Below are positions 55,398 through 64,000 of a DNA stretch of 64,000 nt, one piece after another. The position numbers were made by a program, and so were the translations under genes. The notes below the pieces were generated by a model. It had not been told where the DNA came from and searched no databases. It worked only from the letters and a program-made list of their open reading frames with translations. Each line of letters begins with the position of its first letter. The first letter of the stretch is position 1. The stretch is taken from contig JAZRSW010000029.1 of the NCBI GenBank assembly GCA_045651745.1, forward strand, positions 10,674 to 74,673. The letters run 5' to 3'. Origin of the DNA: Acutalibacteraceae bacterium. GTDB taxonomy: Bacteria > Bacillota > Clostridia > Oscillospirales > Acutalibacteraceae.

Positions 55398-56327
55398 TTA
55401 TTTATTGTCAAGACCGAACGAACGAATGAGTCCGTCGCGGTTACGCCAGTCTTCTTTAACTTTAACCCAAAGCTTTAAGTTACACTTGCAACCGAAAAAT
55501 TCTTCAATATCCTCTCGCGCCAAGGTGCCGATTTTTTTCAAACAAGCACCGCCTTTGCCGATAATAATCCCCTTATGAGAATCGCGTTCACAGTAAATGA
55601 TTGCTTCAGCTTCAATAATCGGCTCGCCCGATACAGTATCACGCTCAAAAAAGCGTTCAAGCCCTACTGCAACGCCGTGCGGAATTTCCTTATCCAATAA
55701 ATGCAACATTTTTTCGCGGATAAGTTCGGTGACCATAACACTGTCGGCTTGGTCGGTAACCTCGTCATCGGCAAAAAAGTGGGGTGACTCTTTTGAATAC
55801 TTCAACTGCTCGTCCACCAAGGTTTCAACGCCGTCACCCGACTCGGCTGAAACGGGTATAATTGCATCAAATTCATAAAGATTCTGATAAGCGGAAATAA
55901 CCTCTAATAAATCGCTCTTGTCGGTAAGTAAATCAATTTTATTTATGCAAAGAATTGCTTTTAATTTACGGTTTTTGATTTCTTCAATCAACGCCAACTC
56001 GGCTTTCGGCATATCATTAGGATTTAGTTTAAATTTTGTTTGAGCCTCGACTACAAGCATTACAACATCAACGTCGGAAAGCCCTTGCGAGACCGAATCC
56101 ATCATTCTTTCACCCAATTTATTTTTAGGCTTATGAAATCCGGGTGTGTCGATATACACTATTTGAGTTTCACCCAAAGTTTTAACACCCATAATGCGGG
56201 TACGGGTGGTTTGTGGCTTATTTGACACAATAGCCACCTTTTGACCCAAAATTTTATTAAGTAAAGACGATTTTCCAACATTCGGACGTCCGACAATGGC
56301 AACAAATGCCGATTTTTGATTATCCAT
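55398..56327 (-). CDS. era: GTPase Era
   Basis: AIVGRPNVGKSSLLN (G1), DTPG (G3), NKID (G4), and a KH domain at the C-terminus. ATG at 56327 follows GAGGAA. The upstream extension in the ORF track overlaps ybeY and is not credible. Confidence 0.9.
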   Translation of the reverse strand: MDNQKSAFVAIVGRPNVGKSSLLNKILGQKVAIVSNKPQTTRTRIMGVKTLGETQIVYIDTPGFHKPKNKLGERMMDSVSQGLSDVDVVMLVVEAQTKFKLNPNDMPKAELALIEEIKNRKLKAILCINKIDLLTDKSDLLEVISAYQNLYEFDAIIPVSAESGDGVETLVDEQLKYSKESPHFFADDEVTDQADSVMVTELIREKMLHLLDKEIPHGVAVGLERFFERDTVSGEPIIEAEAIIYCERDSHKGIIIGKGGACLKKIGTLAREDIEEFFGCKCNLKLWVKVKEDWRNRDGLIRSFGLDNK

Positions 56328-56337
56328 TTTTAATTCC

Positions 56338-56838
56338 TCAATCCATGAAAGTAACTTCGCGTGAAAGACCCATTTTAACCAAAACTTCTTCTTCCTTTTC
56401 ACGCATAGTTTCGGCTTCAATACCGCCGTTAACGTGGTCGTAACCCAGCAAATGCAACATTGAATGTACCGTTAAAAAGGCAACCTCTCGCTGTAAAGTA
56501 TGACCATATTCTTCGGCTTGAGCCACGGCGTGCTCTAACGAAATTACAACATCACCCAACATTTTAGCACCGGTTGCAGGGTTAGTATCATACACGCCAT
56601 TTTCACCCAAAGGAAACGACAAAACATCGGTCGAACGGTCAATATTGCGAAACTCTCGGTTAAGTTCGTGAATTTCGTTATCATCAACAAAAGTTACCCC
56701 AACCTCGGCAGACTCTAAAAACTCTTCCATTTTCAAAACTGCGGTACAAGCACGACGGACAAGCATTCTAATTCCAGTCGGAATTTTCACCTTTTTCTGT
56801 TTATTAGTTATAACTACCCTTACCTTTTCGTTTCCCAT
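56338..56838 (-). CDS. ybeY: rRNA maturation endoribonuclease YbeY
   Basis: HSMLHLLGYDH zinc motif. 166 aa. Confidence 0.9.
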   Translation of the reverse strand: MGNEKVRVVITNKQKKVKIPTGIRMLVRRACTAVLKMEEFLESAEVGVTFVDDNEIHELNREFRNIDRSTDVLSFPLGENGVYDTNPATGAKMLGDVVISLEHAVAQAEEYGHTLQREVAFLTVHSMLHLLGYDHVNGGIEAETMREKEEEVLVKMGLSREVTFMD

Positions 56839-56841
56839 TTT

Positions 56842-57813
56842 TTACCCTCTTTGTTTCTTTTCCTCGTATTTTTCATACGCTTTAATTATCTGCTGCACAA
56901 GTCGGTGACGGACAACGTCACGCTCTGAAAACTTGTTAATCGCGATATCGTCAACATCTTTTAAAATGTTCAAAACCTCTTTAAGTCCCGACTTTTTACC
57001 GTCAGGTAAATCGACTTGGGTAATATCACCCGTAACAACCGCCTTTGAGTTAAATCCCAAACGCGTTAAAAACATCTTCATTTGCTCGGATGTTGTATTC
57101 TGCGCCTCGTCTAAAATAATAAAACTATCGTCTAGCGTTCGACCTCTCATATAGGCTAACGGAGCAACCTCAATATCACCGCGTTCCTGACATTTTTGAA
57201 AATTTTCAGCTCCAAGCATATCAAAAAGCGCGTCATATAAAGGTCTTAAATACGGGTCAACCTTTTGTTGCAAATCACCCGGCAAAAAGCCTAATTTTTC
57301 ACCCGCTTCAACGGCAGGTCGGGTTAAAATTATGCGGTTGACTGTTTTGGCTCTGAAAGCCGCCACCGCCATTGCCACCGCCAAATAGGTTTTACCGGTA
57401 CCGGCAGGACCGACACCGATGGTAACGGTATTGTCTCTTATTGCCTCGACATATTTTTTCTGACCTATGGTTTTGGGCTTTATCGGCTTGCCTTTTGAAG
57501 TAATGCAGATACAGTCGGTATCGCTTAATTTTTCAATGCCTTTGTCATCCTTTTCAGCGGCAAGCGACATAATATAACGGATATTTTGCTCGGTCAACGC
57601 TTCACCACGGCTGATGAGCGACAAAAGTCCGTTAATTGTGCGCACCGCACTGTCGACACCCTCAGGCTCGCCCGAAACCTTAATTTCGCCCGAGCGCAAA
57701 GAAACTGTTACCGAAAACTCGCGTTCAATAAGGCGGATATTCTCATCCAAATTACCGAACAATCCGTAAACATATTCAACACGTTCAATGTTAATTGTCT
57801 GCTCTGTTGCCAT
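56842..57813 (-). CDS. phoH: PhoH-like ATPase
   Basis: GVGPAGTGKTYLAVAMAV Walker A and FIILDEAQN. ATG at 57813; the ORF-track start at 57819 is GTG. Confidence 0.9.
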   Translation of the reverse strand: MATEQTINIERVEYVYGLFGNLDENIRLIEREFSVTVSLRSGEIKVSGEPEGVDSAVRTINGLLSLISRGEALTEQNIRYIMSLAAEKDDKGIEKLSDTDCICITSKGKPIKPKTIGQKKYVEAIRDNTVTIGVGPAGTGKTYLAVAMAVAAFRAKTVNRIILTRPAVEAGEKLGFLPGDLQQKVDPYLRPLYDALFDMLGAENFQKCQERGDIEVAPLAYMRGRTLDDSFIILDEAQNTTSEQMKMFLTRLGFNSKAVVTGDITQVDLPDGKKSGLKEVLNILKDVDDIAINKFSERDVVRHRLVQQIIKAYEKYEEKKQRG

Positions 57814-57889
57814 TTTCACACTGCCTTTTCACATCTCTTTTTCCACTTGAAAAAAGTTATACTTATACATAAGTTATTTTACATTATTT

Positions 57890-59059
57890 TTAATCTAAAA
57901 TCAACAATAAATCCTTTGTTGCGATATTTTCTCTCAATTTATATCGCGCTTTAAGTTTTAGCCCCGTTTCAGTTACCACAATTTCGGTTTCTCGGCTTAA
58001 AATTTCGGCGTTTTTGAAGTCAGTTTGCTCTCTTGTTTCAAGTTCCGTTAAAGCGATTTGCTTAGCTTCAGTTTCGGTTACGGTAAATTCCTCAACCGCA
58101 GTTTTGAAAAATGCCGTTTCGGTTATTCTGACGGGCAAATACATCTCGCTATTTTGGTATTTCGTTTCTTTGGTTTCTGTTTCATAAGGACCATTAACAC
58201 TCCCAAAGTAAAAAGGTACGTGAACCCCAAACACCGACAACACGCGACGGGTAATGGGTTTTGATACTCTGACTGTTTTTTGCTGATTAAACGGGACAAA
58301 CAACTCAACCTCTCGCACGGTTTCGGCAATAATCTCGCCCGATGAAACGCCAAATTTATAAGTGCCGTCCTTATATTCGGTAATGCCCGACACAAGTAAA
58401 TCACCTTTTTTAACCGTCTGACCAAGTTTTACCTTAATCGTCCCCGACGTAACCCCTAATTTAGTGATTACACCGTCGCGCTCGGCTATAAGGTTGCAGG
58501 ACTGTTGCGGTGGGTTTTTTAAGGAGATAATTTCCGAAATATTCACAGTCGCTCTGACGCCCTCAAAATTGACCGACGCCCACGAAATTCCGGGTAGTTT
58601 TAACGCCAGTCGGGTGCGTAGTTCTTCGGCATTAAGACCCGACTTAAACCGACCTTCATAAAGTCCGATTTCACGGCAGGCGGATAAAACCTCCTGCTCG
58701 GTAAGACTTTCAACACCCACCACACGAACGTTCCACACAAAACTCGACAAAAATACCAAAGTCGAAAAATAAAGCACTAATCCCACTAAAAATCCAACCC
58801 TATACCGATAGCGGTGAGCCGAAAAAGGCAGCCCGTGACGCGATAAAACCTTGGTAAACACTCGGTTGTTTTTTCGGTATTCACGTATTTTAAGGTAATC
58901 TCTTTTTAAAATTGAGGCTCTGATTTCATCACCTTGACGTTCAATCCCCCACACCGAAACTTTGCTTAATGCAAGTTGGTTAAGCAACCTTTCAGGGAAA
59001 TCCCCGCGAATGGAAAACCGTACATATCCCAATAAATTTTGCAAAAAATTAATTATCAT
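57890..59059 (-). CDS. yqfD: Sporulation protein YqfD
   Basis: 389 aa with a central TM segment. Lies immediately downstream of yqfC, a conserved spore-former gene pair. Confidence 0.75.
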   Translation of the reverse strand: MIINFLQNLLGYVRFSIRGDFPERLLNQLALSKVSVWGIERQGDEIRASILKRDYLKIREYRKNNRVFTKVLSRHGLPFSAHRYRYRVGFLVGLVLYFSTLVFLSSFVWNVRVVGVESLTEQEVLSACREIGLYEGRFKSGLNAEELRTRLALKLPGISWASVNFEGVRATVNISEIISLKNPPQQSCNLIAERDGVITKLGVTSGTIKVKLGQTVKKGDLLVSGITEYKDGTYKFGVSSGEIIAETVREVELFVPFNQQKTVRVSKPITRRVLSVFGVHVPFYFGSVNGPYETETKETKYQNSEMYLPVRITETAFFKTAVEEFTVTETEAKQIALTELETREQTDFKNAEILSRETEIVVTETGLKLKARYKLRENIATKDLLLILD

Positions 59060-59351
59060 TATCGCCGTTCCTCACTTGAAACTCAATGTTTTGAAGTTTA
59101 CCTGAAAGCACTGCCGAATTTTCGGTAAACAAGGTAATATGTAACCCCTGACCGAAAAATGTCACCGAACCCCCTTGAATACTTAACTTAATGCGGTCAT
59201 CGTAATAATCGACAACTCCGCGGCAACCGTCTACCGAGGCCTCACGATTAGATGTTAAATTTATCAAAGGTCCTGACATTTCTTGAAACGGCTCGAACAA
59301 TTTTAACTTCGGCTTTGTAATATTCATATCGGGTTTCAGTTTCTTGGCCAT
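59049..59351 (-). CDS. yqfC: Sporulation protein YqfC
   Basis: About 100 aa: ...LTSNREASVDGCRGVVDYYDDRIKL... ATG at 59351 follows AAGGTGAG by 5 nt. Confidence 0.7.
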   Translation of the reverse strand: MAKKLKPDMNITKPKLKLFEPFQEMSGPLINLTSNREASVDGCRGVVDYYDDRIKLSIQGGSVTFFGQGLHITLFTENSAVLSGKLQNIEFQVRNGDNDN

Positions 59352-59451
59352 ATTCACTCACCTTAAATATTTGTAGTATCTATTTTATTAAATTATCGGT
59401 GTATTCATTCTTAAAACACGGCATATATTCTACTAAATGGGCGGTGAACTT

Positions 59452-60570
59452 ATGGTGAACTTTACTCTAAAGTTAAAAAAAGCAATTTTAACGGTGGCGG
59501 TTGTGACAATAGCAGTTGCAGTTTTACTGTTTTCTACAGAAATACGGCAGGGTGTGATAATAGGATTATCTCTTTCGGCACAGTCTGTCATTCCGTCACT
59601 TTTTATATTCACTGCCATTTCACTTTTTATTATAAAAAGCGGTTTGGGGCGAGTTTTAGGCAGGCTAATTTCTCCCGTCACCCGACCGTTACTAAGGCTT
59701 GACGCCGACCAATCTTCCGTTTTCTTAATATCTATGGTTGCAGGATACCCCGTAGGCGCAAAACTCTTGAATTCCCTTTATCTCGACGGAAAAATTTCGC
59801 GTGGCAAAGCCTTAAAAATGCTGAACTTTTCGATAAATGCAGGTCCTGCATTTATCATTGTGACTGTTGGTGAAGTTTTCTTAAAAAACAGAAGCGACGG
59901 ATACCGATTGCTTGTCTGCCACCTTTTAGGCACCCTTTTTTTAGCCGTAGCCGTAAGATTTTTACCCGACCGACTGTTTTCTCGAGAAACCGAAATTAAA
60001 AAGCAGACCCTTTTAAAAAACCAAGAGTCTGCTTTGAGTGATATATTTGTTATAAGTGTTTTAGAAGCGGGTAAAACCATGCTTAACGTAACGATTTTCG
60101 TTGTGTTTTTCGCAGGGCTGGTCGGCGGGTTCTCAGCATTTAACTTTAAAGGCGCCAACCAACTGACAGCGTTATTTGAGGTAACCGCAGGGCTTTCTAA
60201 CATAACCCGAAATCAACTGCCATTTGCATCGTTTTTGTTAGGCTTTGGTGGAATATCGGTAATTTTTCAGGTTGTATCATCGACAGAAAATTTACGGCCG
60301 AAATTCACCATTTTACTATTATCCCGCCTTTTGCACGGCGGTTTATCATACTTTTTGGCAACGATTTTAGAAATTTTGTTTCCTCGTGACCTTATGACCG
60401 GTTCATTCAACATTCAACCCGACGCCTCCGCCGTCCACACAAGTCCATTTGCCGCTTTAAGCCTTATATTACTATGTATTGTAATGTTGTTCTTTTTGGG
60501 GAGTGTGAGAAAATGTGAAAGCTATTCCGCCAAAATCGACAATAAGAGAATAGTGAAAAGTGAAAAGTGA
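59452..60570 (+). CDS. ylbJ: Nucleoside-recognition (Gate) domain membrane protein, YlbJ-like sporulation membrane protein
   Basis: About 10 TM segments. MVAGYPVGAKLL and FGGISVIFQV motifs resemble YlbJ. Start is 59452 or 59437. Confidence 0.5.
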   Translation: MVNFTLKLKKAILTVAVVTIAVAVLLFSTEIRQGVIIGLSLSAQSVIPSLFIFTAISLFIIKSGLGRVLGRLISPVTRPLLRLDADQSSVFLISMVAGYPVGAKLLNSLYLDGKISRGKALKMLNFSINAGPAFIIVTVGEVFLKNRSDGYRLLVCHLLGTLFLAVAVRFLPDRLFSRETEIKKQTLLKNQESALSDIFVISVLEAGKTMLNVTIFVVFFAGLVGGFSAFNFKGANQLTALFEVTAGLSNITRNQLPFASFLLGFGGISVIFQVVSSTENLRPKFTILLLSRLLHGGLSYFLATILEILFPRDLMTGSFNIQPDASAVHTSPFAALSLILLCIVMLFFLGSVRKCESYSAKIDNKRIVKSEK

Positions 60571-60593
60571 AGATTGAAGAGGTAATAAGTAAA

Positions 60594-60627
60594 ATCGACA
60601 GGCTTCTATCGAAACCTGTCGATTTTG
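60594..60627 (+). terminator. Intrinsic terminator of the ylbJ-like gene (palindromic, potentially bidirectional)
   Basis: ATCGACAGG-12 nt-CCTGTCGAT followed by TTTT. Confidence 0.7.
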
Positions 60628-60644
60628 GTGGACGCTGGGGGACT
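60623..60644 (-). repeat. 22-nt exact duplicate of the tRNA-Val 3' end and its downstream flank
   Basis: TTTTGGTGGACGCTGGGGGACT occurs at 60623-60644 and 60820-60841 (plus-strand reading), offset 197 nt. Confidence 0.85.
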
Positions 60645-60780
60645 TCCCCGGCACTACCGTGCCTATCGCCTCGCTTACGCTCGTTGCCACGTCGGCGAAA
60701 ACAGTCCACCGGACTGTTTTCTTCCGAACCGCTATACGGTTCTCCCTCCTTGTTCGAGTCCCTACACGTCAAAACACACC

Positions 60781-60812
60781 AAAAGAAAAAAGCAACATCT
60801 TTCGATGCTGCT
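60781..60812 (-). terminator. Intrinsic terminator downstream of tRNA-Val
   Basis: Minus strand reads AGCAGCATC-GAAA-GATGTTGCT followed by TTTTTTCTTTT. Confidence 0.7.
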
Positions 60813-60822
60813 TTTTCTCTTT

Positions 60823-60898
60823 TGGTGGACGCTGGGGGACTCGAACCCTCGACCGCCCGCACGTCAAGCGGGTGCTCTACCAGCTGAGCTAAACGTCC
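60823..60898 (-). tRNA. tRNA-Val (anticodon GAC), CCA encoded
   Basis: Hand-folded 76-nt cloverleaf: acceptor GGACGTT/AGCGTCC, D-arm GCTC-AGCTGGTA-GAGC, anticodon arm CCCGC-TTGACGT-GCGGG, T-arm GAGGG-TTCGAGT-CCCCC (one A.C mismatch), then ACCA. Confidence 0.85.
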
Positions 60899-61041
60899 AA
60901 ATTTACTGCAAAGGATATTATATACAAAAGGTTGTGAAATGTCAAGTTTTATTTTTTACATGACCTTGTAACATAAACCTATAAAAATTCTTTTATTTTT
61001 TGCGCAGTTATGTTAGAATTTAAAAAAGGAGGTTTTAAATT

Positions 61042-62409
61042 ATGTATGATTATAAAATTAATAAAAATATGACCATTCATCTGCCAAAAGAGGCTCGGCA
61101 TCCTATTATTTTGGAGTTGTTAAAAAATTATACCACCGGAGTTGAATGGAAAGCCTGTTTCGATGCTAAAGAAAACACAATATTAATTGGAAATATAGAC
61201 CCCATTTCTGCTGATGGTGAAGATTATGCATTAAGCGTTACCGACAGCGGAGCATTTGTTGTCGGCAGCACTTACGGTGGTTTGATGCGTGGCTTTGTAA
61301 CGCTACTCGAAAGAATTGTCTGTAACGACTTTGAAAGTTACATTATCGAAGGCGGGCTTGAGAAAAAAAGTCCTAAAATAAAGTTCCGTTCAATACACTT
61401 TTGTGTTTTCCCTGAAACCAAGCTTACTTTTTTGCGCAAAGAAACTCGTCTTGCCATAATGAGTAAATACTCACATATTATAATTGAGTTCTGGGGAACA
61501 CTCAAGATGGACAGTTTCTCGTTACTTGGTTGGGACAACGCCTATACAAAATCCGAAATAAAAGAAATAATGGACGAAATCAAAGCCTTCGGCATTGAAA
61601 TTGTACCGTTTTTTCAACATTGGGGTCATGCCGCTTTATCACGCGGGGGCGCAGGCGGTAAACACGTTGTTCTCAACCAGGATATTCGATACGAATATCT
61701 ATACAAACCGCATACCGGCGGTTGGGTTTGGGATTTTAAAAAGCCCCAAGTGCTTGAACTTTTAAAAGACGTACGTAACGAGCTTATTGAACTTTGCGGT
61801 GAAGGGCAATACTTCCATCTCGGTTGCGACGAAGCCGAAAAGCATATATCTATCGACGAAGCCTTAGCTGTTGTTAACCACATTAATACCGTTGCTGAAG
61901 ACTTAAAAGAAAAAGGTCGCAGAGCTATTATATGGGGCGATATGTTATTAAGCAAATCGTTTTTTGTAGAAAACTCAAAATACGAGTGCAACGCAAGTTT
62001 AGAAATAGCCAACGCTATGCTTGACCGTTTAAGCCGTGACGTTATTATTGCCGATTGGCAGTATAACATCAATAACGAAAAATGGGAGTCTTCCAAACTG
62101 TTTAAGGAAAAAGGATTTGATGTTATTTGTTGTCCGTTTGACGGCCGACTGTCTACAAGCAAGGCGGTTGAAACGGCTTTTGAATGGGAAATGCTCGGTT
62201 TTATGAAGACCACTTGGCATACGCTCCATTCAAGCAATATGGCTCAAATCATACAAAGCGGTTGGGGTTCTTACGACGGTGTGATTGACCCAAATTATCA
62301 CGTATTCAGCCCGTTAATTAGCCGCGTTACCGGAATACTTTGCAAAATAAGACCTCAGATTGACAACTATACTGAATATGGTTGGAAGGAAAAACAAATC
62401 GAAATATAA
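61042..62409 (+). CDS. GH20-like glycoside hydrolase (beta-N-acetylhexosaminidase-type catalytic domain)
   Basis: FRSIHFCVFPE..., IVPFFQHWGHAA and YFHLGCDEA parallel the GH20 pattern (PEID.PGH / H.GGDE). RBS AAGGAGG. Confidence 0.5.
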   Translation: MYDYKINKNMTIHLPKEARHPIILELLKNYTTGVEWKACFDAKENTILIGNIDPISADGEDYALSVTDSGAFVVGSTYGGLMRGFVTLLERIVCNDFESYIIEGGLEKKSPKIKFRSIHFCVFPETKLTFLRKETRLAIMSKYSHIIIEFWGTLKMDSFSLLGWDNAYTKSEIKEIMDEIKAFGIEIVPFFQHWGHAALSRGGAGGKHVVLNQDIRYEYLYKPHTGGWVWDFKKPQVLELLKDVRNELIELCGEGQYFHLGCDEAEKHISIDEALAVVNHINTVAEDLKEKGRRAIIWGDMLLSKSFFVENSKYECNASLEIANAMLDRLSRDVIIADWQYNINNEKWESSKLFKEKGFDVICCPFDGRLSTSKAVETAFEWEMLGFMKTTWHTLHSSNMAQIIQSGWGSYDGVIDPNYHVFSPLISRVTGILCKIRPQIDNYTEYGWKEKQIEI

Positions 62410-62418
62410 GATAAAACC

Positions 62419-62453
62419 AAAAGCTGTGTAGAAAATTTCTACACAGCTTTTTT
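62419..62453. terminator. Bidirectional intrinsic terminator
   Basis: AAAAGCTGTGTAGAAA..TTTCTACACAGCTTTTTT lies between convergent genes. Confidence 0.8.
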
Positions 62454-62495
62454 ACTATCCCTTAAAATACAACCTTTACCGTTTAAATATAATAT

Positions 62496-62933
62496 CTATG
62501 ATACACATTTTTTACAAGGTGTTAATGATTTCTCTTCAGCTTTTTCCAACGTTGTTGCCATTGCATTTTTACCTGCACAGCTTTCACTAAGATGCCAACG
62601 TTTACCGCTCGGCGTTATGTAAACCGTCTTTGAATTCGTTTCGGGTTCTTGTGTGATTGACACTTCCGAACTTTGAACCGCTGATGAGGTTATATCTTTA
62701 CTCTCATTAAGTTTTAAACTTGTCGACTGTTTAGAAGATATATCGCTTGAGGAAGACGACGATGACACTTCTGATAAAGTTGTCGATGTGAGAAATATAG
62801 AGCCCTCTTTAGATGAAGTGACAAAAGTATTCTCAAAAAATGATGAATCAACCTCATATCCATCATCGCACCCGACAAACACGCTCAACAAAACCATAAC
62901 AAAAGCTATACTTAAAAATCTTTTTATTTCCAT
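62496..62933 (-). CDS. Ser-rich lipoprotein with a C-terminal Cys-containing (Ada-like Zn-binding type) motif
   Basis: Lipobox LLSVFVGC, Ser/Thr-rich linker, and C-terminus YITPSGKRWHLSESCAGKN...LTPCKKC. ATG at 62933. Confidence 0.6.
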   Translation of the reverse strand: MEIKRFLSIAFVMVLLSVFVGCDDGYEVDSSFFENTFVTSSKEGSIFLTSTTLSEVSSSSSSSDISSKQSTSLKLNESKDITSSAVQSSEVSITQEPETNSKTVYITPSGKRWHLSESCAGKNAMATTLEKAEEKSLTPCKKCVS

Positions 62934-62946
62934 CAATTATCCCTTG

Positions 62947-63771
62947 TTATATCAATTCTTTATAAATCTCATTTCGGCGAAGTCCCGTTGCATTTGCGGC
63001 GTTTTTTGCGGCAGAAGTAGGACTCATTCCGTTTTCTATGAACTCTTTTGCCATTTTAACGGCATCGGAAAGAGTATATTCATTTTCAAAAGATTCTACG
63101 GTAGCGCCCGAAACAATCAGCACGTATTCACCCCTTGCACTGCCGTCAGCATATTTTTCATTGGCAAGACTCAACGTTGTTCTTTCGCAAGATTCGTGCA
63201 ATTTTGTCAGTTCTTTTACCAATGCAATCTCGCGGTCACCGAGAACCTTTAATAAATCGGATAAAGTGTTCGCTAATTTGTGAGGTGCTTCATAAAAAAT
63301 CAAAGTGCGGTCGTCTGACTTAATTTTAGCCAAATGCTCGCGTCTTTGGTTTTTATCGACCGACAAAAACCCCTCGAAAGAAAACCTGCCTGACGGCATA
63401 CCCGAAATGGCAAGCGCGGTAATTAATGCACTAGGGCCCGGCACCGACTCGACCTCTAACCCTTTTTCACGGCAATACCTCACCAAGTCTTCACCCGGGT
63501 CAGAGATTGCAGGCATTCCGGCGTCGGTCACAATTGCGCAACTTTCCCCTGCCGAAATACGCTCGGCAATTTCTTCATGGCGGGCAACTTTATTATGCTC
63601 ATGATAACTTATCATGGGCTTCTTAATTCCAAAATGATTAAGTAATTTGACCGATACGCGAGTATCCTCGGCGGCGATAAAATCAACCTTTTCGAGTGTT
63701 TCGGCGGCTCTTGGGCTAAAGTCACCCAGATTGCCTATCGGCGTGCCAACAACATAAAGTTTCCCGCTCAT
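62947..63771 (-). CDS. rsmI: 16S rRNA (cytidine1402-2'-O)-methyltransferase RsmI
   Basis: GKLYVVGTPIGNLGDFSPRA...IAAEDTR...TDAGMPAISDPG. ATG at 63771; the ORF-track start at 63786 is TTG and overlaps the upstream stop. Confidence 0.9.
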   Translation of the reverse strand: MSGKLYVVGTPIGNLGDFSPRAAETLEKVDFIAAEDTRVSVKLLNHFGIKKPMISYHEHNKVARHEEIAERISAGESCAIVTDAGMPAISDPGEDLVRYCREKGLEVESVPGPSALITALAISGMPSGRFSFEGFLSVDKNQRREHLAKIKSDDRTLIFYEAPHKLANTLSDLLKVLGDREIALVKELTKLHESCERTTLSLANEKYADGSARGEYVLIVSGATVESFENEYTLSDAVKMAKEFIENGMSPTSAAKNAANATGLRRNEIYKELI

Positions 63772-63782
63772 TTTAATTCCTT

Positions 63783-64000
63783 TCAAATTCCGCGACCGTG
63801 ATTTTCCTTATAGTCGCCGTAAATTTCCATCATTTCGTCAGTGAGTTGTCCTTTGTTTTCAACATAAAGAGGTGGCATAACCGTCAATCCGTTTTTACCG
63901 CCGACTTTGCCCTCAACCAACACGAGCCAAGCCTCTTTGCCCTCGCGCTGAATGACCTCGCGTAAAACTTTCGGCTCTATACCGTTGGCTCGCATTTCTG
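63783..64000 (-). CDS. C-terminal part of a YabB/TrmN6-like tRNA (adenine-N6) methyltransferase; 5' end beyond the window
   Basis: ...EPKVLREVIQREGKEAWLVLVEGKVGGKNGLTVMPPLYVENKGQLTDEMMEIYG resembles the C-terminus of that family. The reading frame is open to nt 64000. The yabB-rsmI neighbourhood is conserved in Firmicutes. Confidence 0.55.
   Translation of the reverse strand, partial: EMRANGIEPKVLREVIQREGKEAWLVLVEGKVGGKNGLTVMPPLYVENKGQLTDEMMEIYGDYKENHGRGI

Noticed and set aside
60594-60822. Possibility that the structured segment with a tRNA-like 3' end is tmRNA (ssrA) or SRP RNA.
   Set aside because: At ~180 nt it is about half the length of a tmRNA. It has no recognisable tag-peptide reading frame or pseudoknot series, and only a weak 5-bp partner for the acceptor 3' strand. 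The conserved SRP domain IV motif was not seen either.
60464-60963. Several 70-130-aa ORFs on both strands overlapping the tRNA-Val region.
   Set aside because: They overlap a tRNA gene and two terminators, are rich in Arg/Ser/Pro as expected from GC-rich structural RNA sequence, and have no RBS.
1-64000. CRISPR arrays, rRNA genes, intact IS elements or transposases, prophage modules and toxin-antitoxin pairs.
   Set aside because: No regularly spaced direct repeats of 25-40 nt were seen. The only short tandem repeats are 8222-8256 and in-frame coding repeats. No transposase, reverse transcriptase, capsid or terminase-like translation appears in the ORF track. Only recombinase and TnpV fragments are present.

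Overview
The window looks like a chromosomal segment of an AT-rich, spore-forming Firmicute of Clostridia type. All calls come from reading the sequence and ORF translations by eye. No database search or folding program was run.

Layout, left to right:
- 1-2.1 kb: a PadR/DUF1700/DUF4097 triad and a membrane-tethered XRE regulator.
- 2.2-8.5 kb: a mosaic accessory segment. It holds a GH2 glycosidase truncated and fused in frame to an integrase-type N-terminus, a serine hydrolase, a TnpV C-terminal fragment, and a visibly AT-richer block. That block encodes a helical protein, an EF-hand micro-protein and a membrane-anchored Mrr-type nuclease, behind a structured terminator-containing leader.
- 8.5-12.2 kb: a 1215-aa glycine-rich, repeat-rich, tail-anchored surface protein.
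- 12.6-36.1 kb: a 20-gene, single-strand, Wzx/Wzy-type polysaccharide locus. It includes a UDP-GalNAcA-type pathway, an adenylating enzyme + PP-loop-like protein + opine-dehydrogenase module, a split transketolase + aldo-keto reductase, a GT14-like enzyme and a pyruvyltransferase-FrhB fusion.
- 36.2-42.3 kb: an ABC-2 exporter operon bracketed by two bitopic acidic proteins.
- 42.4-48.5 kb: sugar-utilisation and miscellaneous genes.
- 48.6-64 kb: core genes (CofE-like, GATase-less GuaA, pdxK, mutS2, recO, yqzL, era, ybeY, phoH, yqfD, yqfC, ylbJ, tRNA-Val, GH20-like, rsmI).

Most interesting non-obvious signals:
- A ~200-nt hairpin-rich element with terminal inverted repeats occurs twice (12377-12590 and 21568-21770), once inside the polysaccharide operon and once between that operon and the surface-protein gene.
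- A candidate riboregulatory leader sits in front of the EF-hand/Mrr-nuclease pair.
- The opine-dehydrogenase module may decorate a uronic acid.
- The tRNA-Val 3' end is duplicated 197 nt away, bracketing a structured segment.

No CRISPR array, intact transposase, reverse transcriptase or rRNA was seen.
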